Shown here one piece after another: positions 8,619 through 19,938 of a stretch of DNA of 64,000 nt; the stretch's first letter is position 1, and each line of letters starts with the position of its first letter. The stretch comes from an uncultured Phycisphaeraceae bacterium (GTDB lineage Bacteria > Planctomycetota > Phycisphaerae > Phycisphaerales > UBA1924). The position numbers were made by a program, and so were the translations under genes. The notes beneath the pieces were generated by a model. It was not told the DNA's origin. It searched no databases and worked only from the letters and a program-made list of their open reading frames with translations. The stretch covers positions 812 to 64,811 of the forward strand of contig CAZPPX010000022.1 in the NCBI GenBank assembly GCA_964588585.1, written 5' to 3'.

Positions 8619-11495
8619 ATGAGCGGCATCACCAGCAGCGTCGGGCTCTTCAGCGGCATCGACACCAGTTCCATCATCGACCAGTTGCTGGCGCTCGAAT
8701 CTCGCCCCAAGACCCAGGGCCAGCAGCGCGTGGTGCAGTTTCAGACCCTCCAGACCGCGATCCTCGATATCAACACGCGCCTCGGCGCGCTCAAGTCGGC
8801 CTCGACCAAGTTCAACCTGCAGCGCGTGTTCGAATCCGCCCGGGCCTCCAGCAGCAACGAAGCGGTGGTGCGGGCAACCGCTGCGCCGGGTGCAGCAGCG
8901 GGCTCGTATTCGTTTGTCGTCGATCGACTCGTCACGACGCAGCAGTTGCTCTCGCGCGGGTTTGCCGACAGCACGGCCACAGGCGTGGGGGCCACGACCA
9001 TTTCCGTCGAGCCTGCCGCGGGGCGGCTGGATACCGATACCAAACTCTCGTCGCTCAACGGCGGCGCGGGCATCACGCGTGGCAGCGTGCGCGTCACGGA
9101 TTCATCGGGCACCGCCACCGTGGTCGACCTCAGCCGGGCAGCCAGCGTGAACGATGTTGTTCGCGCGTTCAACAGCGCCCTCGGCTCGCGCGGCAGCCTC
9201 ACGGTCGATGGCGACCGGCTCGTGCTCACCGATAGCGCTGGCGGCATCGGCACGCTCGCCGTGACCGATGCACCGGGCTCGACGGGTGTGGCCGCCAGTT
9301 TGGGCCTGAATGTCGCCGCCACCGGCCCCGGGTCGGGCGAGGCGGTCTTCGGCAGCCAGATCAACACCCTGGGCAGCGGCACCACGCTCCGCACGCTCAA
9401 CGACGGCCTGGGCGTGTTCGTCAACTCCACAGCCGGCACCGCCGCGACGCCCGACTTTGTCATCACCACCCGCGATGGCACCGCCGTGCAGATTGATATT
9501 GGTGAACTCTTTGATTCCCAGGGCGCGCGCACCGCCACCGCCGTCTCCACGCTGGGTGGCGTCGTCGAACGCATCAACAGCCAGTCCGCCGGCAAGGTCA
9601 CCGCCTCCATCGATACCACCAGCAAGACCGGCCTGCGGCTCGTGGACAACACGACCGGCGCAACGGCCTTCTCGGTCGCCGAGTTCACCTCAGGCACCGT
9701 CACCGGCACCACCGCCGCCGACCTGGGCATCAAGACCACCGCCACCGCCGGCGCGGGCACCATCACCGGCACCCGCCTGGTCGCCAAACTCAACTCGACG
9801 CTTGCCAAAAATGTGCGAGGTGGGCTGGGCCTTCCTTCCGGTCAGTTCAACGTCACCGCACGCGATGGCAGCATCCTGAACTTCACCGTTTCCGCCACCG
9901 GCTCGATCTCCGACATCATCTCTGAAGTCGGCACGCTCTCTGGCGGTAAACTGTCGCTGGAACTCTCGACCAGTGGCCGCGGGTTCATCCTGCGCGACCG
10001 CACCAATGGCACTGGCCCGCTCACCGTCGATGGCCTGGGCGCGCTCGCCCTGGGCCTTCAAGCCGACGCGGCTTCCACAGCGACTGTCACCGGCAACAGC
10101 GCCCAGCACAAGTTCATCGGCTCCGCCACACTCCTCTCGTCGCTCAACGGCGGCCGCGGCATCGGCTCGGGTTCCATCGAACTCACCGATTCCTACGGCG
10201 TCAAACGCACCATCAACATCGGTTCCAGCGCGACGACGGTGGGCGATGTGCTCTCCGCCTTCAACTCCAGTTCCGGCTCGCCCAACGTCCGCGCCCGCAT
10301 CAATGACAATGGCGATGGCATCCTCCTCGAAGAGGTCGCCGCCTCCGGCGGGCCGGGCGCACGCGAAATCTCCGTCCGTGACATCAGCGGCGGCGTCGCC
10401 CGCGGCCTGAACCTCGCCAAGATCGCCTCCGGCACCGGCACCGCCAACCGCATCGACGGCACCTTCGAGCGCTCCGTCACCTTTGCCGCCACCGACACCC
10501 TCCAACAGGTCTCCGACAAGATCAACCAGGCCGGCATCGATGTGATCGCCGGCGTCATCGCCGACGGCAGTTCGTCGGCACCCTTCCGCCTCTCGCTCAC
10601 GAGCCGCAGCAGCGGCGAACTGGGCCGCTTCACCATCGATTCCGGCACGCTCGACCTCGGCCTCACCACGCTTGCCGAGGGTTCCAACGCCCGCATCTTC
10701 TACGGCTCCGCCGATGCCGCCCAGGCTGTGCTGCTCACCAGTAGCACCAACTCGTTCTCGAATCTCGTCCCGGGCCTGACGGTTGACGCGCAATCCACGA
10801 GCGCCAACGCCGTCACCGTCAGCGTGAGCGCCGATCAGGAGTCAATCGAGAAAGCCGTGGCCGATTTCGTCAAGGCCTACAACGACGTCTCCGCGCGCAT
10901 CACGAATCTCTCCAAGTACGATTCCTCCACCAATCGCCGCGGCGTGCTGCTGGGTGAATCCACCACCCAACTGGTGCGCGGCGAACTCGTGACCACGCTG
11001 CTCTCCGAAGGCCTCGGCCTCACCGGTCGCTTCCGCACGCTCACCCAAGTCGGCCTGGGCTTTGACCGCGACGGCACCCTCACCGTCGATGCCGAAAAAC
11101 TCCGCAGTGCCATCAACGAAGACCCCCGCGGCGTCCGCGACCTCTTCGCCGCCAAGGCCCAGGGTGAAACCACCAACCGCCAGCAGGTTGGCGACGTGAC
11201 GGGCGTATTCGTCACCGTGGCGACCTCCGGCGCGTTCAGCCAACTGGGCGTGGCCGAGAAACTGGCCCAGACCATCGACAAGTACATCAAGCCCATCGAC
11301 GGCGTGCTCACCCGGCGCAACCGCACGCTCGACGATCAGATCCGCGCCCAGAACCAGCGCATCACCCAGGTCGATAGCCGCCTGGCCTCACGCCGCACGA
11401 TCCTTGAACGCCAGTTCCTTTCGATGGAGCAGAGCATCGGCCGCCTGCAGGGGCAGCAGCGCTCGATCAGCAGCCTGGCGTCCCTCATCCGCTAA
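8619..11495 (+). CDS. fliD: Flagellar filament cap protein (hook-associated protein 2), unusually long at 958 aa
   Basis: The N-terminus is MSGITSSVGLFSGIDTSSIIDQLLALESRP. The C-terminus (FVKAYNDV...LTRRNRTLDDQIRAQNQRITQVDSRLASRRTILERQFLSMEQSIGRLQ) is typical of FliD. The central part holds about four related modules. Confidence 0.9.
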   Translation: MSGITSSVGLFSGIDTSSIIDQLLALESRPKTQGQQRVVQFQTLQTAILDINTRLGALKSASTKFNLQRVFESARASSSNEAVVRATAAPGAAAGSYSFVVDRLVTTQQLLSRGFADSTATGVGATTISVEPAAGRLDTDTKLSSLNGGAGITRGSVRVTDSSGTATVVDLSRAASVNDVVRAFNSALGSRGSLTVDGDRLVLTDSAGGIGTLAVTDAPGSTGVAASLGLNVAATGPGSGEAVFGSQINTLGSGTTLRTLNDGLGVFVNSTAGTAATPDFVITTRDGTAVQIDIGELFDSQGARTATAVSTLGGVVERINSQSAGKVTASIDTTSKTGLRLVDNTTGATAFSVAEFTSGTVTGTTAADLGIKTTATAGAGTITGTRLVAKLNSTLAKNVRGGLGLPSGQFNVTARDGSILNFTVSATGSISDIISEVGTLSGGKLSLELSTSGRGFILRDRTNGTGPLTVDGLGALALGLQADAASTATVTGNSAQHKFIGSATLLSSLNGGRGIGSGSIELTDSYGVKRTINIGSSATTVGDVLSAFNSSSGSPNVRARINDNGDGILLEEVAASGGPGAREISVRDISGGVARGLNLAKIASGTGTANRIDGTFERSVTFAATDTLQQVSDKINQAGIDVIAGVIADGSSSAPFRLSLTSRSSGELGRFTIDSGTLDLGLTTLAEGSNARIFYGSADAAQAVLLTSSTNSFSNLVPGLTVDAQSTSANAVTVSVSADQESIEKAVADFVKAYNDVSARITNLSKYDSSTNRRGVLLGESTTQLVRGELVTTLLSEGLGLTGRFRTLTQVGLGFDRDGTLTVDAEKLRSAINEDPRGVRDLFAAKAQGETTNRQQVGDVTGVFVTVATSGAFSQLGVAEKLAQTIDKYIKPIDGVLTRRNRTLDDQIRAQNQRITQVDSRLASRRTILERQFLSMEQSIGRLQGQQRSISSLASLIR

Positions 11496-11566
11496 TCCCC
11501 TTGCCTCCCACCGGGACCCGGACCGGCACTGAATCCCACCGCCCGAAGGGCCGATATCTCCTCACC

Positions 11567-12040
11567 ATGCCCAGCGAGAACCCGAACGCCGCCGCGTATC
11601 TTCAAACCAAGGTCATGAGCGCCTCCCCCGAGGAGTTGCGCCTCATGCTCCTCGACGGCGCGATCAAGTTCTGCCGCCAGGGGCGCGACGGGCTCGCCGC
11701 CAAGAACTTTGAGGCCTGCCACAACGGGTTTTCCCGATGCCGCGCGATTCTCGTGGAACTCATCAGTTCCATGCGCACCGAGATCGACCCCGCCTTGTGC
11801 GAGCGTCTCACGGCCCTCTACGTCTTCATGATCAACCAGTTGATCGAGGCCAGCCACACCAAGACCACCGGCCCAGCCGACAAGGTCATCGAACTGCTCG
11901 AATACGACCGCGAAACCTGGGTGCAACTGATGGCGCGACTGGCTGAGGATCAGACGGCCGAGGCCCGTGCTCGCGCTTCGGCCGCGCCGCACGCCGAGCA
12001 AGCCCATGAGGCGATGCCCTCGCTGAGTGTCAGCGGCTAA
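11567..12040 (+). CDS. fliS: Flagellar export chaperone FliS
   Basis: AAAYLQTKVMSASPEELRLMLLDGAIKF...ILVELISSM...LTALYVFMINQLIEA. Lies immediately downstream of fliD. Start at Met 11567. Confidence 0.85.
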   Translation: MPSENPNAAAYLQTKVMSASPEELRLMLLDGAIKFCRQGRDGLAAKNFEACHNGFSRCRAILVELISSMRTEIDPALCERLTALYVFMINQLIEASHTKTTGPADKVIELLEYDRETWVQLMARLAEDQTAEARARASAAPHAEQAHEAMPSLSVSG

Positions 12041-12097
12041 AACCGAACCGATCCAGCCAGGTCCTCGGCACAGTCCAGCGTGTGTACCATCGGCCCC

Positions 12098-12691
12098 ATG
12101 TCCGAGCCGGTCGTCGTCCGTCGCCTTCGCCCCACCGATTCCCTTGCCGAACTCACCGGCCTCTTGCACCGCGCCTATGCCAAGCAGGTGGCGATGGGCC
12201 TACACGCGATGGCGAGCCATCAATCGCCGGAGGTCACGCGCAAGCGCGTAAGCAAAGGCGAGTGCTTTGTCGCAGAAATGGCCGGACCCCCACCGGCGGT
12301 CGCGGGCGGCGAGTCGGCGCCGTCGTCCGTGTCGCGCCTGGTTGGCACCATTATGTTCCAGGAACCGGCCTGGGGTGGCGGGAGCGGCGACAGCAGCGGC
12401 GGAGGCATAGCCGCGTCCGGCCCGCGCTGGTTTCGGCGGCCTGACGTCTCCAACTTCTCGCAGTTTGCCGTCGAGCCGACCCTGCAAGGAAAGGGCATCG
12501 GCCTGATGCTGCTGAACACCGTCGAAGCCCGCGCCCGCGAACTCGGCATGGCCGAACTCGCCCTCTCCACCGCCGAGCCCGACACCGACCTCGTGACGTT
12601 CTACCGCCGCCGCGGCTTTCGCGATGTCGAACGCTTCGACTGGGGCGTGACCAACTACACCAGCCTCATCATGAGTAAGACGCTGCGGTAG
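12098..12691 (+). CDS. GNAT family N-acetyltransferase
   Basis: FAVEPTLQGKGIGLMLLNTVEARARELGMAELAL...FYRRRGF (acetyl-CoA binding motif A region). Confidence 0.85.
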   Translation: MSEPVVVRRLRPTDSLAELTGLLHRAYAKQVAMGLHAMASHQSPEVTRKRVSKGECFVAEMAGPPPAVAGGESAPSSVSRLVGTIMFQEPAWGGGSGDSSGGGIAASGPRWFRRPDVSNFSQFAVEPTLQGKGIGLMLLNTVEARARELGMAELALSTAEPDTDLVTFYRRRGFRDVERFDWGVTNYTSLIMSKTLR

Positions 12692-12719
12692 AGGCTGATT
12701 GGGGGCACGCCACAAGGCA

Positions 12720-13256
12720 TTACGTTGGCGCTTCATTGGCCTTTCCGCACTCCGGGCACACGGATTCCGCGCGGAGGCCGTCGCGAGAGTACCCGCAATG
12801 GATGCACGTCTTGGCCGGGTCGGGTGGCGGCCGAAAGGGAAACGCGGCTGCCCACAGCATGAGCAGGCCGCCGGCGATGGCGTGCCAGCCGATGAGGATG
12901 ACGAATGGGTCGAGGAGTGGGCCCGGGACTCGTCCTATTTGGCCCACCGACGCGGCCAGCGCGGTGGCGAGGAACCACAGGCCGATAGGGACGGGTGATC
13001 GGATCACCAGGCACATGCTCGTCAGCAGCACGATTGCAAGAACGATGGTCGCGAGAACCAGGACAAACGCCGGGCCAGCTGGCGCGAGCACGCCTATGGC
13101 GATCGCGCAGCCCATGAGCACGATGACGCTGAGCCAGAGCGTTCGAAGCGAGGGGCGCAGGGCGGGGCAGCGGCGGAAACGAAGCCATGCCGCGAGGGAA
13201 ATGCACGCGGCATAGGGCAGCAGGATCAGGCCGAGGAAGGCGACGACGCCGAGCAT
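12720..13256 (-). CDS. Polytopic membrane protein with a C-terminal CxxC...CPxC zinc ribbon (paralog 1)
   Basis: About five hydrophobic helices, then CIHCGYSRDGLRAESVCPECGKANEAPT. Confidence 0.7.
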   Translation of the reverse strand: MLGVVAFLGLILLPYAACISLAAWLRFRRCPALRPSLRTLWLSVIVLMGCAIAIGVLAPAGPAFVLVLATIVLAIVLLTSMCLVIRSPVPIGLWFLATALAASVGQIGRVPGPLLDPFVILIGWHAIAGGLLMLWAAAFPFRPPPDPAKTCIHCGYSRDGLRAESVCPECGKANEAPT

Positions 13257-13383
13257 AGCGAGAGACTATCGGGGCTGAACGAAGCCTGAGCGTAAGCGAG
13301 GCTGTACAGGCTCCCGGCTCGGAGCCGTCGGTTGGCGGCCGTGGTTCATCGTCCACAGGCAGTCTGGCCACGGAGGCGCTCCC

Positions 13384-13981
13384 TCACGGTCGCGTTTCGT
13401 TGGCGGCCTGCCCGCATTCCGGGCACACCGCGCCTCTCGGCAAACCTGCAAGCGGGTAACCGCACTTCTGGCACCCGCCAGCGAGCGGCGGTCGCCAGCG
13501 CCACGCACAGACCAGCAGGCCCCCCGCCCGCCACGACGTTCCAGATGACCGCGATCGCCAGCACCACGAGCAGGAAGGAGAGATCCTTGACCTGTTTGAG
13601 AACCGGCACCCACAGGGCTCCGGCCGCAATCGCGATCAGCACGAGCCCGAACGGCACGGCGGACTTGAACGCGACACACGCCGCCACCAGCACGCCGACG
13701 GTTGCCGGAATGCACAGCGTCGGAACTGTCTCGTCGCTAAAGGCGCCGATCACGCTCAAGCCGGTGCAAATCCACAATCCGGCGATCGACAGTTTCACGC
13801 GGTCTTGGGCTTGACGAAAGTAAATGCGGAGCGCCAAACTGACCACGATCGCGTAGGGCAACACAAGCAAAAATGTCGCCGGAACGGCCAGCAAGGAAGA
13901 GAATGCCCACGGGTTGCCCGATCCGAAGACCATCGATGAGAATCCTGGCGTTCTCGCGCAGTACCAGCGCGAATCGCCCAA
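13384..13981 (-). pseudogene. Paralog 2 of the membrane/zinc-ribbon protein, split by an apparent +1 frameshift in a G6 run (plus-strand C6 at 13520..13525)
   Basis: The membrane part lies in ORF 13346..13981 (...AIAVIWNVVAGGG). The zinc ribbon (LLVCAWRWRPPLAGGCQKCGYPLAGLPRGAVCPECGQAANETRP) lies in ORF 13384..13629, one frame away. Removing one G restores AGGGLLVCAW..., colinear with paralog 1 (AIAGGLLMLWAAAF...CIHCGY). Confidence 0.6.
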
Positions 13982-14008
13982 ATGTCTTCTCCCCGACGGT
14001 CGCGTGCT

Positions 14009-16627
<2,619 letters not shown>

Positions 16628-16717
16628 GGGAAACCTCCGAATACGCGAGGCCGAAACAGGGATAAAGGGGAAGGGAGCCTACCGAATCGTCGTGCCCAGC
16701 ACGAATGCCCACAATCC

Positions 16718-16772
16718 GAAAGCCCCCTCCCAGAGGGAGGGGGGGGGTAGGGTGACGCCTTGAAACGTCACC
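16718..16772. repeat. GC-rich hairpin element, family 2, plus an adjacent second hairpin
   Basis: GAAAGCCCCCTCCC-AGA-GGGAGGGGGGGGG, then GGTGACG-CCTTGAAA-CGTCACC. Lies between the rpsU stop and the hppA start. Confidence 0.65.
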
Positions 16773-16851
16773 GTTCCCCAAGAAAAGACAGGTCAACAGC
16801 CACGCGGCGGACAAGCGTCATGCCGGTGAGATGCGGACTTGAATCTGAAAC

Positions 16852-17076
16852 TCAGCCGCGGGCGGCGCGGGGATTCTTGACCGGGCCGATACCCAGTTCA
16901 CGCGCTCGGCGGGCGATGGACTTGCGGACGTCGCGACGGCGACGCTCCGAGGGCTTCTCGTAGTATTCCTTGCGCTTCACGTCCTTGTTCAAGCCCTCTT
17001 TCTCGCAGAGTTTCTTGAACCGGCGCATCATCTGCTCGGACGTCTCGCCGCCGCGTGCCTTCACTCGAATCGCCAT
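16852..17076 (-). CDS. rpsU: 30S ribosomal protein S21
   Basis: MAIRVKARGGETSEQMMRRFKKLCEKEGLNKDVKRKEYYEKPSERRRR... Start at the internal Met of ORF 16852..17187. Confidence 0.9.
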   Translation of the reverse strand: MAIRVKARGGETSEQMMRRFKKLCEKEGLNKDVKRKEYYEKPSERRRRDVRKSIARRARELGIGPVKNPRAARG

Positions 17077-17204
17077 GTGTTCCTCTCGTGCCGAAGACCG
17101 AACTCCGCCTGATCGAAAACCGAACGGCGTTTGGGGGTCGTGGGGGGTAAGTAAACACGGCTGACCCGTCCGGATCAAGTCCGGCACAGTTCTTCAAGTG
17201 CTCC

Positions 17205-17237
17205 AAGCCCCCTCCCTCTGTTGTGGGGAGCGGGCTC
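17205..17237. repeat. Degenerate family 2-like hairpin
   Basis: AAGCCCCCTCCCTCTGTTGTGGGGAGCGGGC, directly downstream of the NHL-protein stop. Confidence 0.4.
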
Positions 17238-17247
17238 GATCTTTCGA

Positions 17248-18291
17248 TCACACCTTCCTCAAAAGCGTCACCCGCCCGATCGGCACCCATTCTGCCACCA
17301 GGATGTCGCCGTTCTTCAGGAAGATCGCCGTGTGCGGGTGGATGAACGTGCCCGGCACGAACTTCTCCCGCGGCTGTCCGCGCAGGGCCGATGGGTGCCC
17401 GTCGCCAAGGTGCACGATGGGCTTGTCGTTTTTGTCCAGAAGCGTGATCACGCTTTCAAGATCGGGCACGAGGAGCACATCGCCACGGGTCTTGAAGTGG
17501 CAGGGCATGCGGATGCCCTCGGTGGCGAAGCCCTGGTGCTGGCCATCAAGCGTGAAGTACTGGACGCGGCGGTTGCCGCGATCGGCGACGGCAAGCCTGG
17601 GCGTGCCGGTTCGGGTGTCCACCCACAAGCCGTGCGGGCAGTTGACCTGGCCGGGGGCCTTGCCGGGCGTGATGACGGTTTTCACAAACTTACCCGCGGC
17701 GTGGTAACGGTGAATATACGACGAGCCGTAGCCGTCGCCGACGAGCAGGTCACCATCGGGCAGGAAGGCGACGTTGGTGGGGCAGTATGTGTTGGGTGTG
17801 TCGTATGCCGGGCATTCTTTGGGTGCGCCAGCTTCCCAGACGGTTTCACCCTTGAGATCGGTCTTCACCACCAGCCGGCGATTGGTGTCGCAGTGATAGA
17901 GAAACTCGCCGTCTTTTTCGGTGCGAACGTCGAGGCCGTGGGCGCCGCCTCGGAATGCCGCGCCCCAGGCGGTCAGGAAGGCGCCCGATTCGTCAAACAC
18001 AACGATCGCGTCGGGTTTGCTGCTGGAGGCGTGAACGGTGTGGGCGACGTAGATACGCCCGGCGGCATCCTGCGCCAGCCCGTGGGTGTCGCCCCAGGCG
18101 AGCCCGGCGGGCGGCCTGAGCCAGTCGTGGATGCACTCGTAGCGGTGGTCGCCTTTGCCCAAGATGAGCGGGTCGCGGCCCGGCTTGCCTTGGGTGTGAA
18201 TGCGGGCACCGAAAACGGTTGCAAGCGGCGCGGCGGCAGCGGTTACCCCAAGGGCCAACATCGAGCGACGGGAGAACGGCATAGTGGTCAT
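17248..18291 (-). CDS. Tat-exported NHL-repeat beta-propeller protein (peptidyl-alpha-hydroxyglycine lyase-like)
   Basis: Twin-arginine signal SRRSMLALGVTAAAAP. Repeated blade-like motifs such as GRIYVAH, LYHCDTNRRLVV, LLVGDGYGSSYIHRY, RLAVADRGNRRVQYF and GDILVAEW. Confidence 0.75.
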   Translation of the reverse strand: MTTMPFSRRSMLALGVTAAAAPLATVFGARIHTQGKPGRDPLILGKGDHRYECIHDWLRPPAGLAWGDTHGLAQDAAGRIYVAHTVHASSSKPDAIVVFDESGAFLTAWGAAFRGGAHGLDVRTEKDGEFLYHCDTNRRLVVKTDLKGETVWEAGAPKECPAYDTPNTYCPTNVAFLPDGDLLVGDGYGSSYIHRYHAAGKFVKTVITPGKAPGQVNCPHGLWVDTRTGTPRLAVADRGNRRVQYFTLDGQHQGFATEGIRMPCHFKTRGDVLLVPDLESVITLLDKNDKPIVHLGDGHPSALRGQPREKFVPGTFIHPHTAIFLKNGDILVAEWVPIGRVTLLRKV

Positions 18292-18324
18292 GCGCGCAGT
18301 CTACCGGCGGGTCGCACAAGCGTT

Positions 18325-18801
18325 CTACGGCGCCGCTTTCACGAGGGGCAGATTGGCCCGTCGCCATTCTTCGATGCCACCCATGAAGACGCCGACGTTT
18401 TCGTAGCCGACGCCGAGCATGCGCTTGGCGAGGGCGCGGGGACCGGCGCTGCCTCGGTCGTGGCCATAGATGACGATCGTGTCGAAACGGTCGAAACGCT
18501 TGTCGGTTTGCCCCCTCTTATCGGGGATGGCTGTCAGTTGCATGTTGCGCGCATCGGGCAGGTGGCCCTCGGCGAAGTCCTTGGGGCTGCGGGCATCGAT
18601 GAGCAGCAGGAGGGGCTTGCCCCTGGCGGCGGCTTGCTGATCGATGGATTTCTGGAGCGAGACCAGCGGGACGTCCTGGATGTCGTTGTCGGAGATGTTG
18701 GGGGCACAGCCGCCCAGTTGCGAGGCCAGCGTAGCCAGGAGCGCCACGAACGCGATTCGGAGCGTCAGAACGAACCCATTGGGCAATGAGCCGATAAGCA
18801 T
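18325..18801 (-). CDS. Lipoprotein with a rhodanese-homology domain, apparently non-catalytic
   Basis: Lipobox LGGC. LLLIDARSPKDFAEGHLPDARN...IVIYGHDRGSAGPRALAKRMLGVGYENVGVFMGGIEEW. The usual active-site Cys after Tyr is Gly here. Confidence 0.7.
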   Translation of the reverse strand: MLIGSLPNGFVLTLRIAFVALLATLASQLGGCAPNISDNDIQDVPLVSLQKSIDQQAAARGKPLLLLIDARSPKDFAEGHLPDARNMQLTAIPDKRGQTDKRFDRFDTIVIYGHDRGSAGPRALAKRMLGVGYENVGVFMGGIEEWRRANLPLVKAAP

Positions 18802-18893
18802 GTCCTAGCATACGTCCTGCGGCTTGCGGCCGATTCACCGCTGGTTTGTTGGGGGGTGTCCGAGGTGAACGGCTGTTGGGGATGGATCCCTGC

Positions 18894-19868
18894 ATGAAAC
18901 GAGCATTGTTCACCGCAGCGTTGGCGATACTGGGCTTGAGTGGCGCGGCAGCGTCAGGGGAAACCCGCGCGGCGGCTGTCCCAACCGTGCCGGTGTCGGA
19001 GCCTGACCTTGTGAAACCCCGAGTGCTGTGGCTGCCACCGGCGACCATCGGCCCGGCGACCAAGGGCACGATCGCGGTGGAGTTGGTGATCGAGAAGGGG
19101 TGGCACATCTATTGGCCCGGGCAGAACGACAGCGGGTCGCCACTCACGATCGATCTGAAACTGCCCAAAGGGTGGAACGCAGGCCCGGTGCAGTGGCCCG
19201 CCCCCATGCGGCACAAAGCCGACGGGGACCTGCTGGACCATGTGCTGGAAGGCAGAGCGGTGCTGCTGGTCGATATCGACGTGGCCACCCAGGACCGGCT
19301 GGAGGCCATCGGACCGCCGCTGAAGATCGGGGCGTCGCTGAACTGGATGGTGTGCAAAGACGCCTGCACGGTGGGAAGCGCAGAGGTTGAGATCGCGGCC
19401 AGCATGAATGTGGCTGAGCGGAAGGAAGAAGCCAAGGTGGTCGCGGCGGCCCGCGCGGCGCTCCCCAAACCCTTGCCGGCGGTGGGTGATGTGCTGGTGA
19501 CCTGGATCAAGGGACCGCCCGGGAGCGAGGACGACTTCGGCACGCTCAAGATTCGCGCCCCGCGGGCAACAAGCATCGAGTTCTATCCGCACGCCGATTC
19601 GATACCCGCGGCGGAGGTGCTGAAGGGGTGCGCCACGAAGAGCGACGGAATGACGATCAAACTGGGCCGGCCGATCGGCGAGGCGAAGGGCCCGCGGCCC
19701 GTGAAGGGCGTGCTGAAGGTGGTGCGGCCCGGGAACGAGTCGAACCCTGCCGAGAGAGACAAGGCCCCGAAACAGGCCGTCGAGTATTTTGCGATTGACC
19801 TGCCGGCAACAGCGACGCCCGAGCCCGGGCCGGGGCGCGTGCCGGAGTTTGAAACACCCAGAAGGTGA
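18894..19868 (+). CDS. Secreted DsbD N-terminal-like (thiol:disulfide interchange domain) protein
   Basis: Signal peptide MKRALFTAALAILGLSGAAASG. GWHIYWPGQNDSGSPLTIDLKLPKGWNAGPVQWPAP...LNWMVCKDACTVG fits the DsbD-alpha-like family pattern. Confidence 0.65.
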   Translation: MKRALFTAALAILGLSGAAASGETRAAAVPTVPVSEPDLVKPRVLWLPPATIGPATKGTIAVELVIEKGWHIYWPGQNDSGSPLTIDLKLPKGWNAGPVQWPAPMRHKADGDLLDHVLEGRAVLLVDIDVATQDRLEAIGPPLKIGASLNWMVCKDACTVGSAEVEIAASMNVAERKEEAKVVAAARAALPKPLPAVGDVLVTWIKGPPGSEDDFGTLKIRAPRATSIEFYPHADSIPAAEVLKGCATKSDGMTIKLGRPIGEAKGPRPVKGVLKVVRPGNESNPAERDKAPKQAVEYFAIDLPATATPEPGPGRVPEFETPRR

Positions 19869-19938
19869 AGCAAGCCTCATCATCGCGGGGTGTCCCCGCG
19901 TGTTCGAGTTGTATCGAAGACCCACTCAGGAGTTACGG

